Positions 1-12,914 of a DNA stretch of 64,000 bases are shown here, piece by piece. Below the pieces are notes generated by a model. That model saw only the letters and a list, made by a program, of their open reading frames with translations. It had not been told where the DNA came from and made no database searches. Source of the stretch: Squalus acanthias. Its lineage: Eukaryota. How positions within the stretch are numbered: the stretch's first letter is position 1; the number at the start of each line of letters is the position of its first letter. A program made the translations under genes and the position numbers. The stretch is taken from NCBI GenBank assembly GCA_030390025.1, contig CM059432.1, positions 54,128,001 through 54,192,000 of the forward strand, read 5' to 3'.

Positions 1-1385
1 CATTTCTTGACCACGTGGAGTGAATCGAATTGGCTCAAGACTGGCTTCTGTGATGGTGGGGACGTCAAGAGGAGGCCAATATGATCATCCACTCGGCACT
101 TCTGGCTGAAGATGGGTGCAAACGCTTTAACCTTGTCTTTTGCACTCACGTGCTGGGCTCCGCCATCATTGAGGATGGGGATATTCATGGAGCCTCCTCC
201 TCCCGTTAGTTGTTTAATGGTCCACCAGCATTCACGACTGGATGTGGCAGAGCTGCAGAGCTTGATCTGATCCGTTGATTGTGGGATCGCTTAGCTCTGT
301 CCATAGCATGCTGCTTTCGCTGTTTAGCGTTCATGTAGTCCTGTGTTGCAGCCTCCCCAGGTTGGCACCTCATTTTTAGGTACGCCTGGTGCTGCTCCTG
401 GCATGCTCTTCTGCACTCCCCATTGAACCAGCGTTGGTCGCCTAGCTTGGTGGTAATGGTAGAGTGAGGGATATGCCAGGTGATGAGGTTACAGATTGTG
501 GACAGTACAATTCTGCTGCTGCTGATGTCTGACAGTGCCTCATGGATGCCCAGTTTTGCGCTGCTAGATCTGTTCTGAATCTATCCCATTTAGCACAGTG
601 GTAGTGCCACACCACACGATGGAGGGTGTCTTCAGTGTAAAGACGGCTCTTCATCTCCACAAGGACTGTGTGGTGGTCACTGCCTCCAATGCTGTCATGG
701 ACAGATGCATCTGCGACAGGTAGATTGGTGAGCATGAGGTCAGGTAGGTTTTTCTCTCGTGTTGGTTCTCTCACCCCTTGCCGCAGGCCCAGTCTGGCAG
801 CTACGTCCTTCAGGACTCAACCAACTTGGTCAGTCATGGGGCTACCGAGCCACTCTGGTGATGGACATTGAAGTCCCCCCACCCAGAGTACATTCTGTGC
901 CCTTGCTACCCTCAGTGCTTCTTCCAAGTGGTCTTCGACATGGAGGAGTACTGATTCATCAGCTGAGGGAGGGCGGTAGGTGGTAATCAGCAGGAGGTTT
1001 CCATGCTTGATCTGAAGTCATGAGACTTCATGGGGTCCGGAGTCAATGTTGAGAACTCCCAGGGCCACTCCCTCCCGACTGTATACCACTGTGCCGCCAC
1101 CTCTGGTGGGACAGGACCTACCCAGGGATAGTGACGGAGGAGTTTGGGACATTGGCTGAAAGGTATGATTCTGTGAGTATAACTATGTCAGACTGTTGCT
1201 TGACTAGACTGTGTGACCGCACTCCCAATTTTGGCACAAGTCCCCAGGAGGACTTTGCAGGGTCGACTGGGCTGGGTGTGCCGTTGTCATGTCTGAAGCC
1301 GGTTTTATTCTTATTATTGTTTTCTGTAGCAGTTTGTTACAACTGAATGGCTTGCTCGGCCTTTTCAGAGGGCAGTTAAGAGTCA
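1..1385 (-). mobile_element. LINE-B (CR1-superclade non-LTR retrotransposon), 5' part: UTR, APE endonuclease and linker, degenerate; runs off the window
   Basis: Minus ORF 442-774 EPTREKNLPDLMLTN...SDHHTVLV is the APE C-terminal SDH motif; colinear with 47850-49800. Confidence 0.9.
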
Positions 1386-1640
1386 CCACCGCACTCAACT
1401 TCTTCACCTCAGGCTCCATCCAGAGATCTGCAGCAGACATTTGAAGGATCTTGCAGTCGGCTGCCCACAGATGCATGACCGATGTATGACTGATGCCATG
1501 TTTGACAAGTCAGCCAATTATGTCAATTTTGCCACTGATGAAGCCAGTTTGCAGCTCTGGCTGGCTTTCCACAGGTGCAGGGTGTCATCGACTGCACACG
1601 TGTAGCCATGAAAGCACCCCATCATAACCCAGGGCTGTCC
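1382..1640 (+). pseudogene. Harbinger (HARBI1-like) DDE transposase fragment
   Basis: Manual translation VTTALNFFTSGSIQRSAADI*RILQSAAHRCMTDV...AGFPQVQGVIDCTRVAMKAP matches the GFP-x-V-x-G-x-IDCTH motif with the first catalytic Asp. Confidence 0.85.
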
Positions 1641-1649
1641 CCTAAAGAT

Positions 1650-1815
1650 GGGAATGGTAGCATAGTGGTTATGTTACCTGGGCTAGTAAATCAGAGGCCT
1701 GAAACTAATGATCTGGAAATGTGAGGTCAAATCCCACCACCATGGCAGCTGGGGAATTATAAATTCAGTTCATTAAATAAACCTGGAATAAAAAGTTAGC
1801 ATCAGTAATGGTGCT
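1650..1815 (+). mobile_element. tRNA-like 5' head of LINE-B or of a cognate SINE
   Basis: A box TAGCATAGTGG at 1658-1668, B-box-like GGTCAAATC at 1725-1733; homologous to the minus strand of 49915-50021. Confidence 0.8.
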
Positions 1816-3930
1816 GGAAACTAAGTCATCAATGATATCATCAGACCCACACTATTTAATAGGGCTGGAAAACACTCATGACTCTTTCAATTCGGGTCAT
1901 TAAGTGAAAGTTCCTCTCAGTAGTACATTGTGTTTTGGGCCCACACACACCCGCCTGAACACAAAGGTGAAAATTTCGGCCTAAATGTCTGTGATAAGAT
2001 TCATTTGTATTTATAGCGCAAATCCAGCAATTTCTTGATATTCATGGAGAGGTTGGCGATGAGTTCCTGTTTTTGTGAGGTTAACGGCGAAGCAATGCAA
2101 ACCATCCAGCAATTTGTGTCGATTCACAACTCAAGGTGTATCTCTTCCTCATCACAAATTGCTGTTTCTTATGCACTAATAATGACATGCGCCGTGAACT
2201 CGCCATTATTTTTCCTGCAATTTCTTAGCCATTATTTTCGATTTTATCTCAAAGCTGAGAATGTGTACAACATTCTCAGTAATGGAACACTAACCTAAAT
2301 AAAATTAAGAGAAATTACTTTGTCAGTTGTTGCAAATTTACATTCATTTTCCATAAGTCACAGAGATTCGATCTGTGAGAAGTGAGTTCTAGATGAATTT
2401 AGATTGCATCTATCCAGTTGTTGCTGTGTTTTTTTATAGTTTTAGATGTGATGCTTGTATCAGTTTCAGTGTCAGTGACAATTCTGCATTGACACACCAG
2501 GGTGATAAACTAAGCCTCACAACTCTGTTCCTACTCTCACTCGATTACTCTCACTTGCAAAACAGATAGTTATACAGAAAGATTACTTTTTTTACAGAGT
2601 ATTTATTTTGTATGATTAAAGAGAAGCACAAAAATCGGTTTCATGCTTTTCTCCTATAGTGATGTGGAAAACTTGGATGAAACTATCTCTGGTAACAATA
2701 CAAGCAGTTTATTTATTATTGTTTTATAATAATTAATTGCCCAAAACAGCTGACTTTGTCATAGTTCTTAAATTGTTCTTTATGGATATTTGCTGAAAAG
2801 GCATCTGAAATTAAGTTTAAAAAAAAATAGATCATTAGAATTGCAACCCAATCCTCTGAATCGGGATCTGACACAACAAAGTTAAACATCTTCATAAGCT
2901 TAATACGAGTGACATAACAGATTCTTGGATTATCAAGGCCCTAACTGAGGAATAGATACCCTCCTAGCTCAGTTATGTCAATTGATAAATGTTGTTTAAG
3001 TATCTGAGTGGATAACATTAAAATGTCTTTTCACAAGAAAGGATCAAAATCAAACTCCAATTACAAAACAATATTCCTAAGACAAAGTGTATCAAACCTC
3101 TGAGAAACCACAGTGAATGATAAACTGTTGCAAGGTATCAGTCACAATGATCCTCTATCAATTTAGGCTTTCACGTTAGAGCAAGTTGGTTGACCTGTAT
3201 TGTTTTGCATCTCCTGGTCTGGAATTAGAACAATCCTCTTGATGTTCACCATGAACTTGCTGCAGTGCCACTTGAGATTTCCAGAGTCTTCAAAAAGGAT
3301 ATGGCATTCCAGCAAGTTAGAAGCTGGCCTCTTGTGTTGGCACAGTGGGTTGCTTGCCTAAATATACAATTTCCTTAGTTATGCAAAGAATGGGCTGTGA
3401 TAATAAGATGTTCAGTTTTGTTGTCACAATGAATACACAGTAGTCACTCAGGGAAGTGATCTTGGCCTAACTCTACTTTTCACATTCCTCAATGACCGAC
3501 TATTGGAGCCCCATTTAGCAGGCTCAAACTCATTCTTTCCTTGTATCTCAAAACTGTTTACCTCTCTCAGTCTTTCTTTCCTTCTACTACCTGCAGGTTT
3601 TTAAAGCTTCAGCTTGGTGTCACCCAACCACCAGTTTTTGATATATGTTATCTTCTCTCCTGCTTTTTCATCCTATTGGTGTCTGCACTATGAGTCTTAT
3701 GCTTCATTTCGTTTTTTAATAAACAAGTCTGAAATTTTAAATGGTGGATCTTCAAAATCAAATGATCTTTGATATTAGTGCCTCTAATCGGAATGTTGAT
3801 GTTACCCATTTGGTTTGTATTTAGCATCTACAGACCTCCATGTATAAGAAGTATGTCTGTGCACTGAACTGTGCCCAATTCATTTTGATTTGGTTGGTGT
3901 CATGGAAATCAACTCGGATCTAAAGGTATA

Positions 3931-4030
3931 TCTGAAATAAAAACAGAAAATGCTGGAAACGCCCAGCAGGTCAGGCAGCATTTATGGAGAGAAGAACAGA
4001 AAGTTTCAGGTCAATGAACTTCCATCAGAA
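3931..4030 (-). mobile_element. Penelope-like element terminal (pLTR) fragment with degenerate hammerhead core
   Basis: Reverse complement of 13723-13826; minus strand reads CTGATGG...GAAAC. Confidence 0.6.
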
Positions 4031-4626
4031 AGGTATATCTATTTGGGCTAAGAAAGTTCTTCCAACTTATAACTGTCCTAATTAGAACTGAATACAAAAG
4101 AATTATTTAAGACTGGCACTCATTACTTTTGTGACAATATTCACAAGTTCAGCACACCCATCTTTAATCATGTTAATGATTTTTTCTGACCAGATTTTCT
4201 TCTTGCCTCAGTTTATTTTGTGCTGTGGAGTATTGTCCATTGGGAACTCAATTGAGACTATCCCAACATATTTAATTTAGGATTCTTAATGGTTGCCAAA
4301 ATCAGAACAAAGCCATCCCATCTGTTTGGGTTGGATGCTAGCCCAGTCTTCTATCACAATCTACAACCCAACCCTCTTGATAAAAGGAAACAAATTGTCA
4401 TATTTGGCAAAATAAAGGGCTTTTTTCAGACTGATTATTGTGATTCCTATGCTCATAATACAATCAACACTTGCATTTTTAAAGCTATTGGTTGGTATTA
4501 ATTTTTAATTTACTGTGCTGTAGTATATAACAATTATTTACTGCTTAAGATCATAACATTTCTTTGAATATGTTCTTTGAATTGAATGGTGTACACATTA
4601 AAAGCATTTGGGGTGAAATTATTTGT

Positions 4627-5424
4627 GGCCTGGAATTTCCTGGAACTTTTTAGTGTAACTATGGCATAAGAGCAGCGCTGTACCATTTTTTTCTGAGGAA
4701 ATATACATGTAACTGATTAACACTGACTTTACACTGAAACATCGCTACGCACAAATTTCCTGGATCGTTTGCGCTGCTTCCAAGATACTTCTGCCAAAGC
4801 CCTTTGCTGCTCATTTGTAAAGCTCCACTCCAATTCAAAAGACCAGGTCACGCAAGATTCCTGGATTAACACGAATATTACGCTTCCATTGATTTTTACC
4901 CCCAAATTTAGGCGCAACACAGCCCAAAGCCACTTGGTATTGACGGCATAACTAAGATTTCTGGAGTTTGATAGCTACTTCCTTCACTTTTTAAAAAGTA
5001 TTTTCTTCCTGAGACTTGCACTATACTTAACCAAAGTACCGTCAGTGCCAGTGCACCCGAAATCTTTGGCTGTCCGCCCACCCGCCCCCAACACGTTCAG
5101 CAGGAATAAGCAGCTGGAATGGCTTTCCCATTGAGCATACCAATGTTCTACACAATAATGGAAGAGGAAAAGGAGCAGCAAAGGCAAGAGGCTGTGAGAA
5201 TTAGGTGACATGGCAAAAGACATCAGCTCACTCTCTATTACCTGTATTGGTTGCACTGCACTTGCGCTTGTTTCTATGCCAGTTTTTATGTCCGGTGTAG
5301 CCAAATTAACTCTCAAGGAAATTTCAGTTTAGGTTCCCACGCATAAACCAATGTAAATTTTGGCATAATTTCTGCGTAAGTGCGATCCAGTAGTATCGGG
5401 GTTACTGTGTGAGATTTTCATGGC
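4627..5424. mobile_element. Old Harbinger-like non-autonomous element
   Basis: Degenerate termini GGCCTGGAATTTCC ... GAGATTTTCATGGC resemble the TIR class seen elsewhere; CpG-containing interior. Confidence 0.35.
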
Positions 5425-6397
5425 TTTGTTGAAGTTTTTTTGCTATTTAAATTTAGGCATTAATTTAAATGAGCTAATGCATTAACTAAAATAGTAAACA
5501 GAGGAATTTCATAGAAGCATATTAGTATATTAATATCACACAGCATGATTTCACCTCAATAATAATTTATAGAGATTAAAGACTTGAAATGATTTTAGGT
5601 CATTTTGACCTGAATAAATTGATGTAAAGTAAATCAAAAGGCCCAGGAAAATCAAAGTGATGCTCATTTAACTAAGTTTCCAGTCACATCTTGGATTCTT
5701 TGAACCCGAAGTTTTTAAACTGAAAGGTCAGCTATTTAAAATGAATGTTTTAACGGGATGTTGAAGTGGATGCTGTTTTTACCCTTTGTGATGGATTTAC
5801 TTGATGTGATCCAGGTCCTTCCTATTCTTTCAAATCAAATATTCATTTTTAATTAGGCATCATCTTTATCTTAGCTTTAATTCAATTCTGCTTATGTAAG
5901 ATCCATGCTGCAGAAAAATTCAGTCTTACTTCCATCATAACTCTTTCCTGTTGAATGTCTTATATTGGTGCATTCAAAAATGTATATTAATTAATCTTTT
6001 TGACATCGCAACCAGCATGAGAAACAATTATCAAAGTTTTTGTGAATGCTCAGCTGAAATATTATTGCTTTAGTATATACTTATTGATGTAGTGTATGCT
6101 TTCTTATAACTTGGAAAGAAAATACCCATTTAATTCAGGGGTAATATCAGGATAAGTGAAAGTACTGAGTGTACGAAGTACTGAATTTTTTCACAAGGTG
6201 ATTTAGTCAGTCAAGGTTATACACTTTGCTTTCCCTTGTGCAGTACGAGTATGCAATAAAGTGTCAGCTTGACAATCTTCAATGTTTATTTTTGTTTAAT
6301 AAATTCAGTAAGGGACTAATTTTTTCTACACATCAACATTTTTGCCTGTGGTATGCAATATAATGCAAACTTCTTGATTGGTTCAGTAGATTCATTA

Positions 6398-6684
6398 AAA
6401 GAAAGAAAGAAAGAAAGAAAGAAATATATATTATCTATGTAGCACGTTTCACATCCTCAGGACGTCCAATGAATTACTTGTTGAAGTGTATTAACTGTTA
6501 TTTTGTATGCAGATGCAGCAGCTAATTTGCACATAACAAGGTCCCACAAACAGCAATGGGATAAATAACCAGTTAATCTGTTTGTTTTGGTGGTGTTGGT
6601 TGAGGGATAAATGTTGTCCAGGAAAGTGGGAGCAATCCTCTGCCCGTCTTTGAATAGTGCTATTCGATCTTTTACATCCGCCTG
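6398..6684 (-). mobile_element. Deu-domain SINE (SacSINE1/AmnSINE1-like), 3' half with (CTTT)n tail
   Basis: Minus strand has GATGTAAAAGATC...ATTTATCCCTCAACCAAC...TTGCTGTTTGTGGGACCTTG...GTGCAAATT; homologous to 10481-10802 and 57750-58150. Confidence 0.85.
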
Positions 6685-7490
6685 AAACTCCATCCCTCAT
6701 TCTCAAAGGCGCACTGCTGCAATATCGCCCTTCTCTGCCCCGTGTCTCAGCAGAAACCCTCATCTATGCATTTGTTACCTCCAGACTCGACTATTCCAAT
6801 GCTCTCTTGGCCAGCCTCCCACCTTCCATCCTCCAAAAATTTCAGCTCATCCAAAACTCTGCTACCTGTATCCTAATTCGCACCAAGTCCCGTTCACCCA
6901 GCACCAATGTTCCCACTAAGCTGTGCGGCCACGAGGGCGCGCAATGGCCTGGAGGTCCTGCGCAGACCGGCTTTTCAATGCAAGAAACTGCGCATGCACG
7001 AAAATTTGAATGGGCCGTGAAAGGGAACATTTCCCATCACCCCTTTGCTTGCTGACCTATGATGGCTCCCAGTCCAGTAATGCCTTGTATTTAAACTCTC
7101 ATCCTTGTGTTCAAATCCTTCAATGATCTCGCCCCTCCCTATCTCTGTAACCTCATTCAGCCCAATAACCCTCCAAGATCTCTGTACACCTCCAATACTG
7201 GCCTCTTGCGCATTCCCGTTTTCTATCTCCCCACCATTGGTGGCTGTGCTTTCAGCTGCCTAGGCCCTAAGTTCTGGAATTCCCTCCCTAAACCTCTCTG
7301 CCTCTCTACCTCTTTCTCCTCCTTTAAGATGCTCCTTAAAACCTACCTCTTTGACCAAGCCTTTGGTCACCTGTCCTCATATATCTCTTTATGTGGTTTG
7401 GAGTTAATTTTTTTGGTAACGCTCCTGTGAAACCCCTTGGGATATTTTACTACATTATATGTGCTATATAAATGCAAGTTGTTCTTGTTG
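6685..7490 (+). mobile_element. L2 LINE 3' end (RT C-terminus and 3' UTR)
   Basis: AETLIYAFVTSRLDYSNALL, LAPPYL, FSCLGPKFWNSLP and LLKTYLF are L2 ORF2 C-terminal motifs; tail GCTATATAAATGCAAGTTGTT. Confidence 0.9.
6905..7032. mobile_element. 128-bp hAT-type MITE inserted in the L2
   Basis: TIR CAATGTTCCC...GGGAACATTT; 8-bp TSD CCCAGCAC/CCCATCAC (6897-6904, 7033-7040). Confidence 0.85.
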
Positions 7491-7921
7491 TCCTTGATTT
7501 GTGGCATGTGTACAAATTATGTGTATGCAATCCCTCCATCATTATAACGGGACCACAAAATTTAGCACATAAGATTTTCTTTTAATTTATTTTCGATTTC
7601 TTTTTCACAGCTCTCTCTTTCGACTAACCTTCCTCAAGATTTACCCATTGTATCCACACTAACCTCCTCACTCAGAAGAACAGGATTGAACTGCCTGCTG
7701 CTATCTCCATAGAGGCTGCTACTACTGCTGTCTGGCTGACCTATCAAGAGCAGAAGATTAGCAAGATATGGTGAGGATTCCCTCCTCAGTTGTTCTCCTC
7801 TTCCCCAGGTCACCCAGATGACTTTTATCATTCTCTTGGGGAAACCCTAATGCAAGTACCATCCCTAGCTGATATATTTCTTCTTTCAGATAAGCCTCTA
7901 GCTCCAAAAGTTTTGAGTCAT

Positions 7922-8729
7922 GGGCAGAATTTTCATTGACCCGTGGAGGCGGATTTGGAGGCGTGTGGGGTGGGAAAATAGCAGATTCGGGGGTCCCGAA
8001 CCCATCCCGCCCCCAACCCACCTCCATGCCAGTTTCACAGGAGGCGCGTACCCGACCTGTGCTGGGACCCGCCTCCCCGAGGCGGGAAGGGGATTAGTGC
8101 CAATAAACTGCCTGTTAACAGGTAGTTAACAGGCAGTTTTTTGCCTAATCCCTATTTTTGGCCCTGAAGTGTGGGCTTCCCAATAGGTCCGAACCATGCC
8201 GATTTAGCGAGGCGGACCGTGGGTCTGGAGGGCTTGGAGGGGTCGAGATGTCCGGTGTGCAGGTGAGTGATGGGTGCATGAGTGCAGAGGTAAGTGTGTT
8301 TGGTGTGTGTAAAGTGTCTTAAGAACTTGTACTTACCTTAACTTTGTCCTGCAGGCTAAGTGTCGGGAGTCCCTCACATCCACAGCACAGAAAGCAGAAT
8401 GGCCTGCGGAGCTGTCAAAAGCTGCAGTCTCTGCTTTCTGTGCTGGATTGATTTCTAACTGAGTCTAAGTACAGGGACTCATGTTAGAAATCATATTGTC
8501 AGTGTTTCACAGAGCTGTCAAATGCTGAAATTTTATCTGTCAAAAGCTCTTGACAGATGAAATTTCAATGGCTGACGTCACCTGTATCCAAGGGACCCTT
8601 GATTGGCCTGCTAAGCCCGCTGGGCGGGCTTAACAAGGTCAATCAAGGGACAATACAGTGGGTTGGCCACAAGTCGATGGAGGCGGGACTACAACCCTCC
8701 ATCACGTCCCCATTGACAAAATCCAGCTG
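7922..8729 (+). mobile_element. Harbinger-like non-autonomous element (same family as 55640-56484, opposite orientation)
   Basis: Left end GGGCAGAATTTT; body is the reverse complement homolog of 55640-56484; GGAGGCGG subterminal motifs. Confidence 0.8.
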
Positions 8730-9285
8730 TCAATATTAAATATTTGTTATAACACCAGTTGTAAAAAGGCACATACAATTATTATAACATTCTTAGTACA
8801 ACCTCTAGTTTTCTTTTACATTAAATCTTTGTATTCTTTTTATGGTTTGATCAATGATCATTAAACAAGTGTCTTTTTTTAATTTGCGATGTTCAATATT
8901 GAATACTGGGGTTGTTCCTGAGCACAAACATCCAATACAGTTTCTAATACATGAACTGTGGCCTGATTCTAATCAGTGTGCAGTTGCCTTAGCTTGGCAT
9001 ATATCCCATTAGAACTTAATGAGGCATGCTGACTGCAGACGGCTGCATGCTGATTACAGTCACAGCCCTTGACACATAACATCAAACTAACAATCACAAC
9101 ATTTGAAAGAAAAAAATGTCAACTAAAGAACTCATATATTGGGATTGATTTTATCTGCTCAGGTGCATTTATTTTTTAATTCTTCCTGCATTTTATAAAA
9201 TAAAAGTATCTTCTTATAATCAGTATGTTCTCTTAGTTTTGGGGCTGAGTTTTTTCAGATTTCAGATCAAATGTCTTCATGCTTT

Positions 9286-10201
9286 GGGCAGAGATTTCCA
9301 TTTGGGACTTCACTGGTAATGTAATCGTGAGGCATCTCTCAGATTGAAGACGCAGGGGCGATGGCCAGACTGAAGAGCTAAGCGCCCTGATATTTATGGC
9401 GAAGCTCCCAGGAGGCAGTGGGGAAGGCTGAAAGTGGCCGAAAAACCTGGCAAAGCCGGAGATGCGGAAGTCCTGCGGAATTTAACAGCAGGACCTCGTT
9501 ATCATTTTCTTATTCATTTTCCCACCTGGCAGCTGACCAAATTGACAGACTGGCTGGCTGCCGGGTGGGAAAACCAGAAGCAGAATGTCGCAGCTGCGGA
9601 CCCTTGGGAATGGTGCTCGACAATCGAGAGGAGGGTAGGCTGGAGATCGGGGATTTGGTGGGGGGGGGGTGTCAGCTGTGATCGCAGAAATTGGGCAGGC
9701 TGCAGTTCGGGAGGAGGAGGTCAGCCATGATTGCGGGAGGGGGGAGTAAGATAGGCTATTGGGGATTGTAGGGAAGGTCAGCGATCGTGGCAGGGGCTAG
9801 AGAGAGGCCACGATCGGCGAAAGGGAAGCTGAAGGCTTTCTTCAGAGGCCGGGGGAGCACTCCTGCTCCTCCTGGCCCACAAGGAGTGCTATAACAGGCA
9901 CTTATCTTCTGGAGCAGGCAGCTCCCACCTCCCTTTTATTGCCAGGTTTCCCGAGCCCTGGGAAACGCGCATCGCAGCTGTTAAATTTAGATCAGGCTCC
10001 CAATTGCACTGTGGGAGCCCGATTTAAATATGTTAATGAAGTGTCCCACATCTCTAAGACAGGACACCTGCACACCTCGCTAACCGCCACTGTAAAAATG
10101 GCAGACAGTGTGTATGCATTGGGCTGTGGTCGTGATTCACGTTTTTTAGGATTTAACCCCCCACCCCCAACCGCATGTCATGGGGGATTAATATTGAGGC
10201 C
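9286..10201. mobile_element. Harbinger-like non-autonomous element
   Basis: Termini GGGCAGAGATTT...AATATTGAGGCC; GC-rich body with the GAGCACTCCTGCTCCTCCTGGCCCAC motif also seen near 11745-11770. Confidence 0.55.
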
Positions 10202-10480
10202 AAAGTGTTCATGTTCACCTCTATACAGACACTATAGAAACTTCTTACCCACCAGTGAAGGTCCAAGCGCTGAAGAAAACAGCGAACCCATTTAATTTCA
10301 GAACAATAGCACATGCTCGATGGCAGCCATCTATGTACAATATAAATTGCGCAGTGTCAGCAACAGGAAAACTGATAGCCAGCTCATAAGAACCAGGTCA
10401 GAGAGCAGTTCTCCAAGATAAATGGCCAATATATCTCTGACAATGACCAGTTATGTTGTGTCTCACTATAGCAACATGAT

Positions 10481-10802
10481 GAAAAAAAATGAAAGACTTG
10501 CATTTCTGTAGCGCCTTTCACGACCACCGGACGTCCCAAAGCGCTTTACAGCCAATGCAGTAATTTTTGAAGTGTAGTCACTGTTGTGATGTAGGAAACA
10601 CGGCAGCCAATTTGTGCATGGCAAGCTCTCACAAACAGCAATGTGATAATGACCAGGTAAGCTGTTTTTAGTGATGTTGATTGAGGGATAAATATTGGCG
10701 AGGACACCGGGGATAACTCCCCTGCTCTTCAAAATATTGCCACTGGATCTTTTACATCCACCTGAGTGGGCAGATGTAGCCTTGGTTTAACATCTCATCC
10801 AA
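10481..10802 (-). mobile_element. Deu-domain SINE
   Basis: Well preserved Deu core and L2-like tail (minus strand GCGCTTTGGGACGTCC...GAAAGGCGCTACAGAAATGCAAGTCTTTC). Confidence 0.9.
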
Positions 10803-11204
10803 TGAGATGAAAATCTGCTTTCCCTGATGCCTGTGAAGCTCTTAAGTGAAATGAGATTGGACAGCCAGTGTCAACTTAATTCCTTGTGGGTGTGCATTCA
10901 CAGCACTAAACTGTGCATTATTAAATCCTAATTAGTAAGAATGAGGTTTCTAGTTTTAGCCCCAGAGTTCCAAAATTGACGTAGCCAAACCTGAAAGTTT
11001 CAGCTAAGACTGAAGGTCTGAGCAGAAAAAAACCACCTCTCCTAAGAGAAGGAAGAGAAACCTGAGAATGAATCAGTACAGTTGATCTCATTAGAAGGGC
11101 GACGTGAGGTATGTCAGAATTAACAGAAAACTGTGGGAGGCATCATTTTAAATAATGTATTTATGAACCCATAAAATCTGTTAGTGTAAATCAACACAAA
11201 AGGA

Positions 11205-12200
11205 TACTGCAGCTGGGGAGATTTAATAGAAGTATGAATTTAGGATTAGTGCTCAAAGCATGAAAGGGAGGTTAAAATAGATTGTTTCATGCAAAGGATT
11301 ATTAGAATATGTCACCACAGTTGCTTTAATGCCAATTTAATCAAAGTTTAAGAGGGAGTTAGATAAATACATGAAAAACAGATATTAAACATTGCAGGGA
11401 AAATTGCAGGAAAGTGGGATTAATGTAGACAGGTTAGAAATTGGTTTGGGCCAGTTCTCGAATGCCAAATGTGTACAGTGAACGATCCCTTTGCCCGAAG
11501 ACTGAGGCTCAAGGATCCCAAGAAATTGGTCCTTGGCCCTCATTGTAATAATAGCGGCGATCTACGTGTGCCAATCGGGTGCCTGCCAAGCAGCTCACCA
11601 ATCCAGGCCTTCCCAATTTTGGCCAGCTCAGATGCCAAACCGACCCAGGGGTAAGCCCAGGAAAGGGGGGGCGAGTGAGGCAAACAGAAGTGGGGGGCAA
11701 ATATGGGCCCACAGCGGCCTGCAGATTTGCTGCGGAGCTGTGAGGAGCATTTCTGCTCCTCCAGGCTCTACATCAAGGTAAATAAAAACTAAAAAAACTA
11801 CCTTTTTTTCCGTGGCCTCCTTTAAAACTGAAATACTGTAGAACTGGAAAAATCAGTCAGAGCATGCTCCACTTAGCTTTTCACAAATATTGCAGAAGAG
11901 TCCTGAAACAGGTGCAGGACCCTTCTTAGCATATTTACAGTGGGCCAACACTGTTTTTCAGGTGGCCTCCAGGGGCGCATAAAAGCAGCGAGGACCAATG
12001 TAATGACTGCCATGCCATGCACAGATCAAGCTTGGACCTTACACCCAGAAACTGGCATACATTGTGTCCAGTTTATGCCCAAAAATGGGCACAATGCATA
12101 TCAATTTATCTCCCATAAATCCAGTTTGGAGTTAGAAGTGGCACAGGTATGATAAGCTGTAATGATTTCCTTCTATGCTTAAACTTCTAATATTCTAATT
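11205..12200 (+). mobile_element. Old CR1 3' fragment split by the 11431-12114 element
   Basis: GGAGATTTAATAGAAGTA (GDLIEV), TTTAAGAGGGAGTTAGATAAATACATG, tail TTCTAATATTCTAAT. Confidence 0.55.
11431..12114. mobile_element. Harbinger-like non-autonomous element
   Basis: Imperfect TIR AGGTTAGAAATTGG ... TCAATTTATCTCCC; interrupts a CR1 3' end. Confidence 0.6.
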
Positions 12201-12705
12201 GTAGAAACTAAGAGAATAGTAAAATCTCACTCTACATCCATATTTTCTCAACATCGTTGTTAACATGATAAATCTACAACAATAAAGGACACTTTCTATA
12301 ATTTAACCCAACATTTCTACCAAGGCTTGTTCTTATTTAATGTCCTCTGAATTCACTTTTTATAGATTTGGCTAAAGATAGTCTTGGATTAAAGTGGTGT
12401 GAAATCCAGAGAAACTAGATTGAACATCCAATTTAAGTGTTCAGCTCAGCAAAATCGAACATGGCAGGGCATTTCCGTGAAGTGCATAAACTGTTGTAGA
12501 GGTTTGTAGAAATTACTTAAGTGGGAATGGCATAATACAAATTCGAACTGACATTATGTGCATCACAAATGGCCAAATGTACTTTGGGTTAGTAAAAGTC
12601 TAACCAAACCAAACTGTTTTTTCAATCTTCAACTACAGTCCAGCAAGTTGCTCGTTAAGAGTGAGCACTCGGGAAATATAGGAATTGTTAGCTATATAGC
12701 CTTTC

Positions 12706-12873
12706 AGTGTCAGCCTTGCTCAGTGGTAGCACTCTTGCCCCATAGTCAAAAAATTGTGGGACCAAGACCCAGTCCAGAGACTTGACCATATAATCTCGGT
12801 TGAAACTCCAGTGCACTAGTGAGGGGTGCTGCACTGTTGGCACTGCTACCTTATGGAGGAGATGTTAAACCGA
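12706..12873 (+). mobile_element. Deu-SINE 5' tRNA-derived head fragment
   Basis: GCTCAGTGGTAGCACTCTTGCC A-box region; homologous to the reverse complement of 58020-58150. Confidence 0.7.
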
Positions 12874-12914
12874 GAAAGAATACTCAGATGAGACAGAGGA
12901 AGCTGACTAGAAAA

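Noticed and set aside
1382..1640. Domesticated host HARBI1 gene
   Set aside because: Stop, frameshift and deletion; several diverged fragments in the window indicate transposon debris
1650..1740. Functional tRNA gene
   Set aside because: Degenerate stems and B box; continues into retroelement UTR sequence
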